Of a stretch of DNA of 64,000 bases, positions 57,273-64,000 are shown piece after piece. The translations under genes were made by a program, and so were the position numbers. The stretch comes from Camelus dromedarius (Eukaryota), in the NCBI RefSeq assembly GCF_036321535.1, contig NC_087437.1:66342001-66406000 (forward strand). The letters run 5' to 3'. Within the stretch, counting starts at the first letter, position 1. Each line of letters starts with the position of its first letter. The notes under the pieces are model-generated. The model saw only the letters and a program-made list of their open reading frames with translations, had not been told where the DNA came from and did no database searches.

Positions 57273-59945
57273 TTTTAATGCCAAATCTTTTAAACTTCTA
57301 GCTATGTGCCATGTAGCCCCCTTCCCAATTACATACTTCTGTGGATTAGAAGTGTTCAGCTTTCAATATGATTTCAAACAGACTTTTTAATATTAAAAAT
57401 ATATGTATAACAGTTTGTTGTGAACATTGACAAGTTCATTTAATTGATTATAGATCTTTTATAGTAAGAGGTGAAGTAATTCGGGGCTATGAGTGAAAAT
57501 TTACATTTGCAGATTCAAAGTATGTCTCTTTCTCTTTCTAAATTGTATTATGATTCAGGTTACTTTTTTTCAGGTTATGATAATCTCATTACCTCTCTTC
57601 ACTTCAGAAAATCCTTTGTTACTAATTTTACTATTTAGAATCAAAGATCTCAGTAGTATTTTAGTGCCGGAATTACAGGTTGCAGCTTTTATTGACCAAG
57701 ATGTTGCCCTGTCCCCAGCCCTCTTTTTAAGTTTATAGTAAACATTAAATGTTCTGAGATAAATCATTCTTTGATCTTTGTACTTGAAATTTCTTTTGAA
57801 TCTGGTCAGATTGTTAGGGTCTCTCACTGGTTCTAAACTCAGAGAATCCTAGGTGACCTATTTGGATTTAGAGACTTAGTTGCAGTTTGAGTCAAGCAAA
57901 GTTACTCCAAATTAAGTTTTATAACAAGTGGTTTGTAGTGTACTATGATTTCAGCCATGTTAAAAAGAAACAAAAAGCAAAGAGAATTCTGTGTATTGAA
58001 TTACTATAGGAAAATATTCCAAAATGCTGACAGTAGTTTGGGTAAGAAGAGTGTAGGTGATTTTATTTTCTTTGTTCTGCATTTCTGTATTTAAGCAAAG
58101 CTTTTTTTGGTTTAATTTAATCTAAGTATTCATCACATGTGACCCCTAATACAGAGTTTCTGAGCAATATAATGCTGCAATGAGGTCAGGAGATCTTATT
58201 TAGCAGTCTTGGTCCTTTTTTTTTTTTTAAATCAAGACTGCCATCAATATTAGTGTATGTCATATTCTACATTTTTCCCCTGGATTATATCTCTTCAACA
58301 CAGGTATTAGCCAGGGTGGAATGTGAGGAATGGTTCATTATCAGTTAACATGCAGGTAGCAGAAGAGTGTGTTGAATTTGCGTGCTTGACACCTTCCTTT
58401 GCCCTTATGGACACCTGATGTTTCTGTATCCTGCATTCATCTTTTTCAAATGCAAATAAGCTATACAAAACCCCTTTTTGTTTGTTTTATTTAGGTTTCC
58501 GTTCCTGTACCATATGTAGAATAATAACTCAGTTCTCCCAGCTATTTTTGTCTCTTCAAACTCCTGTGAACCCTTCATTCATAGAGTGTGCCTTGACATA
58601 ATTTGGTTCTCATTTGGTACAAATGCATTTATTATGTAATAGTATGTTAGTTACTCATTAGTGTACACAATTAGGGTGGTGTTATTGTGGTTGTAAACAC
58701 TAAACCACATACAAACACAGAAATTCCATGGTACTACTCTGTCATCTAGGTGATCCTGAATATGCTTATATTGATTTTAAAAAATAGGTTATTGTCAAGA
58801 TGAAAATAACAAAATTTAAAATTTCTAGAGGGAACTAACTCCTCTCTCCCCTCTGTTGTGATAGTGGATACCAGCTTGAGAAATGCTCTCTTAACGCTAC
58901 TCAGCTCATGGAGTTTTTTTTTTTTAAACATACATAATATTGTTCTCTAAAGAAAAGATCTTTTTGCCCTTGGAAGGCAGGTAAACAGGAGTCTGCTACT
59001 TTGCCTTTATTGAGGTCTTATGTTAGGCCCCGCTTTAGCCCCATTTTCTGAAGCTGTGAACATGTGAACCCTCGTTTCCTATGCTGCAGTAGTGTGGCTG
59101 TATCCTCAGAAGTAGGAGCTCGTGTCTTCAAAAGAGCAGGCAGACATAAACATCAAGGGAGAAAATATCTTCTATGAACATTGAGGTCGAGAGTATTCAG
59201 ATGTGTAAGAAAGATGGCAAACAAAATGATGAAATAACCCCAGTATAATATATGGCAGGAATCTTGAGACTTTAAAACTCCAGTAAGATGCCCTTGACTA
59301 TTACTTAATGGCCAGAACAACCTCATTCATTGAATAAGCATTTGTGGCTTAAGTTGGGAAAGAAATATGTACTAATGTTTTGAAATAGGGACCAACATTG
59401 GGAGTGAGGGTGGGGAGGATAAATACCTCTGCATTGGTGTATGCTGTACACGAAAAGAATAAAAGCCAGATGGAAAGCAAAAGGAAGTGAAAACAAAAGT
59501 AATTTGAGAATTAAATGGAGATGGAGATTGGTTGGAAGAGAGAGGAAGCTTAAATTCTGTGTTTAGTACGTGGAGGTATGGTTAAATGACAGTCTGCTAG
59601 GTATTAAGTAAGGATCTGGTTTAAGCACTGCTCCCACCCTTTGTGCATCAAGTTTTGTCTTTTGTAAGGTAGCAGTTAGCTGTTATATCTTTTTTTTTAG
59701 ATTCTTTCAGAAATAAAGTATGCATATAAAGGATTATTTCATTTTTGTTCTGAATAAATGTAAAGATTGTACCTCCAGTGTAGTCCTGAGATTTGTCCTC
59801 CCTATGTCCACTGCCCTGGCTTTAGTTTAAGCCATCACTATATCATAAAATTGTTTAAAAAAAAAAAAAAAAACAACCTCCTACCTCCTAACTGGTTTCC
59901 CTTCTTCACATCTTTCACATCCTCATTGCTGTCAAAGTCAGCTTG

Positions 59946-59948
<3 letters not shown>

Positions 59949-59982
<34 letters not shown>

Positions 59983-60159
59983 GTAAATGTAGATTTATTT
60001 GCAGAGATGCGTACTGCATAGAGTGCAGGCTGTTTCAGAAGGCAAGAGAGAAAGGCCACGAGGTGGGGTTGGGTGCTCAGTTTAAAGTAAAAGTAGATAC
60101 ATAACTCTGTAGACAGAGTGCTGGCCGTCTCCAAAGGTGAGGGAGAGAGAAAGGTGGCC
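59949..60159 (-). mobile_element. Poly(A)-tailed retrocopy of an LTR-like transcript 3' end, flanked by a 17-bp TSD
   Basis: TSD tcaaagtcagctt(g/t)ctt at 59932-59948 and 60160-60176. T31 at 59951-59981. Minus-strand AATAAA at 59994-59999. Confidence 0.8.
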
Positions 60160-60262
60160 TCAAAGTCAGCTTTCTTAAAAGCACATGTGATATTGTCCCT
60201 CCTATTTAAAATTCTTCCCTGATCCCTCATTGCATTTAGGAAAATTTGACATATATATAATG

Positions 60263-60372
60263 ACAAGAGTGATCACATGTCCCAGTTCATGCTTGTCCAG
60301 TGTAATTATTAATTGCATGTTCCTTTACACTCTTCACTTTCCCAGTTTGGATGACAGAGTATCCAGTCACTG
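60263..60372. mobile_element. Decayed MER81/MER94-like hAT-Blackjack MITE
   Basis: agagtgatcacatgtcccagtt...gtaattattaat...tcccagtttggatgac. Confidence 0.45.
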
Positions 60373-63300
60373 TTCCTAATCATTTCTACTTTTTCTTTAC
60401 AGAAAAGCAAGAGATTTAGTTCTATGTCCTGCTCTTAACCTTTCCTGAGTCATCTGGTCAGTTAAGCCCAGTCTTTCCCAATTTGTCCAGCTCTTCCACC
60501 CTTAAATGCATATGGTTGGGCAATGAGTTTAAAAGCTTAGTGTTTAGTTACGGTAGATTAAGGGTTTCTAATAAAGTTATATTGTAATATATAAGTTTCA
60601 TCCCTATTTTGAGTACCTGATTCTGCTAAACCTTTTGTTTAAAGTTCTTTAAGACAACTGTTCCCCTTTTGACCCAGTAGTAAATAATCCTGTGAGGTCA
60701 GTTAGGTAACACAGATGTCTGTATATTCTTTCAGAGTAATGAAATTCATAAATGATACATATAGTTAGTGGAAGGAAGTAGATTAGAATCCCAAAGGCCC
60801 TAATTTCTTCCAATTTGATTAGGGCTACTTAGAATGTTAGCTACATGTGGGCGTGTTGTCCTGCTAACTTTGAAGGGATCATGTACCTTCACTGAATTTT
60901 TTGTTCTAATCAAACTATTCACCTAATTGTTCCCCAGAGAAGCCACATTTGTTTCTACCTCTTGCTAGTGTCTTTTTTTCACACTTAAAACGTTCTTCTT
61001 TTTCTCTGCTTGCCAAATCTTGACCTTTTCTCAAGACCTCAAATCTCACTTCTCCGTTTGAAACATTTTCTATTTATCCAAGCTCTCCATGGTTATTCCC
61101 GCCACATAACACCTGTAGTACCTACCAAGTCATACCATATGTATTATAGGGGTTCCTAATTTCTCTTTGGTATTGGGAATGATAAAATGAGTATCAATTA
61201 CTTTAGAATTTTTTTTGCTAAGTTTTTGGCATACATAGTAGTTGACTTTATAGTTAAGTGTCTGTAGGTTACGTGGGGACCATGTGGATCATTGGTTAAG
61301 TATCCCAGAAAGCATTATCCACAAAAATCGATCTCTATAATATGTGATTTCTTAGAACATAGTACACATACTGCAAAATGAATGAATACTAGTATTTCCA
61401 ACTAGCTAACAGTAAGTAGGAAATTGACTTCTAAAGTCACTTCAGCCATCAAAAGAATTAGACTAGACTGAACTAATTATTATATTTATTATTCTGTATG
61501 CTTAAAGCTAAACCAAAAACACTGCTATACTTTTTAAAAAAGACTTTCTTCATCATCCTTTTTTTTTTTCCCTTGAGCCTCAGAATACAAGATTTTTCAC
61601 TTGGTAAACTTACCTGTTTTAACTATAGTTTCACATATTAACAAAAATGCCTTTCAGGTGGGCTTAGAATTCCTGTTTGCCACTTGTCTGTTTTGTTCTG
61701 TTGCTTAGATAATCAATTTCTGTATTATTACTCAACCCCTATGCCTGCTACACTCAATTAATACATTATCACTTGCCTTATAAATACACTATGTTATCTG
61801 CTGAGTTTTCTACCTACATTTTTGTTAGTGCTAGAATAGTCACTTCTTTTCTAACATCCAGTTTCCTATGTGAATAGACCTCACTCTGTTTATGCTAGCA
61901 TTACTCCCAGTTCTTTGGAAACTATTGCACATTAAAATCCAGCTGCTAGGGTGGCTAATCCATATTTAAGAAGACTAATATAAAAAAGAAAGAATGCTAA
62001 GACAAATTTCAAGATATCTTGTGGGGCACAGGATAGGGTTGATGGTGGATTGAAAAAGAAGGTAAAACCCTTTTTTTTTTTTTTTTACTTATTTGTGTTT
62101 TAAAACACATATCTTTTTATGTAATCAGTGCTCTGCTGGATACCATCAAGGATGCAAAAGAACTAAAATATACAGTCTTCCTCTTTGAGAAACTTATAAG
62201 TGATAAAACTAACTTAGCTGAATCAAATATGAATACTATATATAATATATAAGCATATACTTGATTTTGTGCTATTGGTGTTCAAAGCTATTTCACATGC
62301 TGTAGGTATGATAAGGAAGATCTCCAGTGTGATTGGTAGAGGGGGAAAGGAAGCCTGCTTTAAAGTGACAGAAGGACTAGAGGGGATGGAGGGGCAGGTA
62401 CTGTTAAAGGAGGATTTGGATTTGCGTAGGTGTCAATAAAGGCAGGAATTATTGTAGCTTAGGGGACTATCCCTTAAGATAAGGAGGTGTGGATGAAAAG
62501 GAAATATTCCTGTATTCTTAACCATTTTATGAATAATGAAAGATTAAATTGGATAAGTGGACATTTGGTAAATCACACTTCTGTGGGGCTGTAATCAGTA
62601 ATTGAGGTTAGAGGAAGAAATTACATTGCATAGTTAAATGCTAATATCAGCACATATATGATATTCTTTATGTGTGGTAGAGCTCAGGAAAACTCTTAAG
62701 TCTTTATTTGGTGCAGCTGAAATTTTCTGAATGCTAGCTCTGTTGTAGCTAAGGAAAGGATGTTTGTGTTTCTCCTGAATTATGTACTGCACACGAGCAC
62801 TTCAGTAGACTTAAATTCTTCCAACTCTTCAACAAATCCATGGCATTGTCTCATTTTAGTCCTCTATTTAGGCTTACACATTGCAAATAATTGTAGATGA
62901 CTAATAGATTACTTGAGAGCCAGTATTAGGGTTGCTCTTTAGGAGTGTTCATGGTTTATCAGTTTTTAACACTGGATGTTTGTATTTTGTGTATGACCAG
63001 AGAACAGTGTCTATATTGTACATTTATCACAATGAAAACTTGGGAAGAATAGCTGTTAAGAATAGGCACAGCACTTGCTCTGCATTCTACTTAGATTAAT
63101 TATCTTTGCCTGTGGGCGTTTTTACATTGCTCTGGTCGGTTGTTTAATACAATAGAATTGTTGAGAGCTGGTGCTATGAGATTCAACCACAGGCCTTCAT
63201 ATGGTATATATATATTTAAGGGGCTGGAGATTCAGTCATAACAGTTAGTTCCAGGTTGAAATTTGATATTTGATGGCAAGTCTATATTCTAGGACATGTA

Positions 63301-63714
63301 AGGAGAAAATTGCCTCTATCATTTTTGAGTTATCCAAATGCAAATTTATTTTGAATAACTCTTCAGTTAAGGACTCATTTGCATTTGTTCAGTACCACAG
63401 AGACTTCCTTTGTGAAAAAAAATGAATTTTTTTCTCTTAGTTTCTTCTATGGACTAGTATTTGTGATGACAGATTGTTTCAATTTAAGAAAATGAGTTGC
63501 TGCACAGGTGAGGTAGTATTTGAATCACTTAAAAGTTCATGTCAGTGTATTGGTTCTTTTCAGTTTTACTTTTCTCTTTTGTTTTCTTTCTTTCTTTTGT
63601 TTATTTATTTCTTTTTTGCTTTGTTCTGTTTTGTTTTATTTATTTCCTTTTGGTTTTAGTTTTTACAGGGGGTGCTTTGGGCTCTTCATGGCCTTGCTAA
63701 CGTTCTTGGCTGGC

Positions 63715-63910
63715 CATATTTAGTCTGCGCACTAATCGTTAGTCGGCCCAGTTGAGTCTTACTTTGTGCTCTCAGTTTTTTTAGTCTGGTTTTCTATTTT
63801 TGTCCACCTGGTTGTGTTTTAGTTCATGAGAGATATTTATTCTGATGGGCCGGATTTTAATCCGTGTACTAAATTTTAGTCTGCAGACTAAAAGTAATCC
63901 GCGGATTATT
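63715..63910. repeat. Array of degenerate palindromic 16-mers (consensus TTARTCYGCRGAYTAA), possibly an ancient conserved repeat or regulatory element
   Basis: Perfect palindromes ttttagtctgcagactaaaa (63874-63893) and taatccgcggatta (63895-63908), with related units at 63720 and 63857. Confidence 0.6.
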
Positions 63911-64000
63911 TATTTTTGCAAAATATTTAATTCCCCCACTGGAAACTATCCTAAAAGAATATTAAATTCTCTTAGAATAGCCAAGGGAATTCACAGCTAC

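Noticed and set aside
63850..63910. CRISPR-like array of palindromic repeats
   Set aside because: Units are nearly abutting with no unique spacers, there are no cas genes, and the context is a mammalian intron.

Overview
AT-rich, CpG-poor mammalian genomic DNA lying entirely inside the GSK3B gene (glycogen synthase kinase-3 beta, + strand). Six consecutive coding exons (equivalent to human exons 3-8, residues ~95-303) have canonical AG/GT boundaries and join into one open frame carrying the HRD, DFG, Tyr216 and APE kinase motifs. The rest is intron filled with decayed L1, L2, MIR and hAT DNA transposons, microsatellites and two tRNA-derived SINEs resembling camelid vic-1, which points to an alpaca/llama/camel host. 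I found no convincing novel multi-gene system. The most interesting local structures are (1) a young, poly(A)-tailed, TSD-flanked retrocopy of an LTR-like transcript at ~59.9-60.2 kb that also carries cryptic splice sites, (2) a CpG-retaining array of palindromic 16-mers next to a cryptic exon and a long U-rich tract at ~63.4-63.9 kb, (3) a twin-primed L1 with a very large internal deletion 30 nt from the exon 6 donor, and (4) an inverted SINE pair flanking exon 7. Repeat family names and boundaries were assigned by eye and are approximate.
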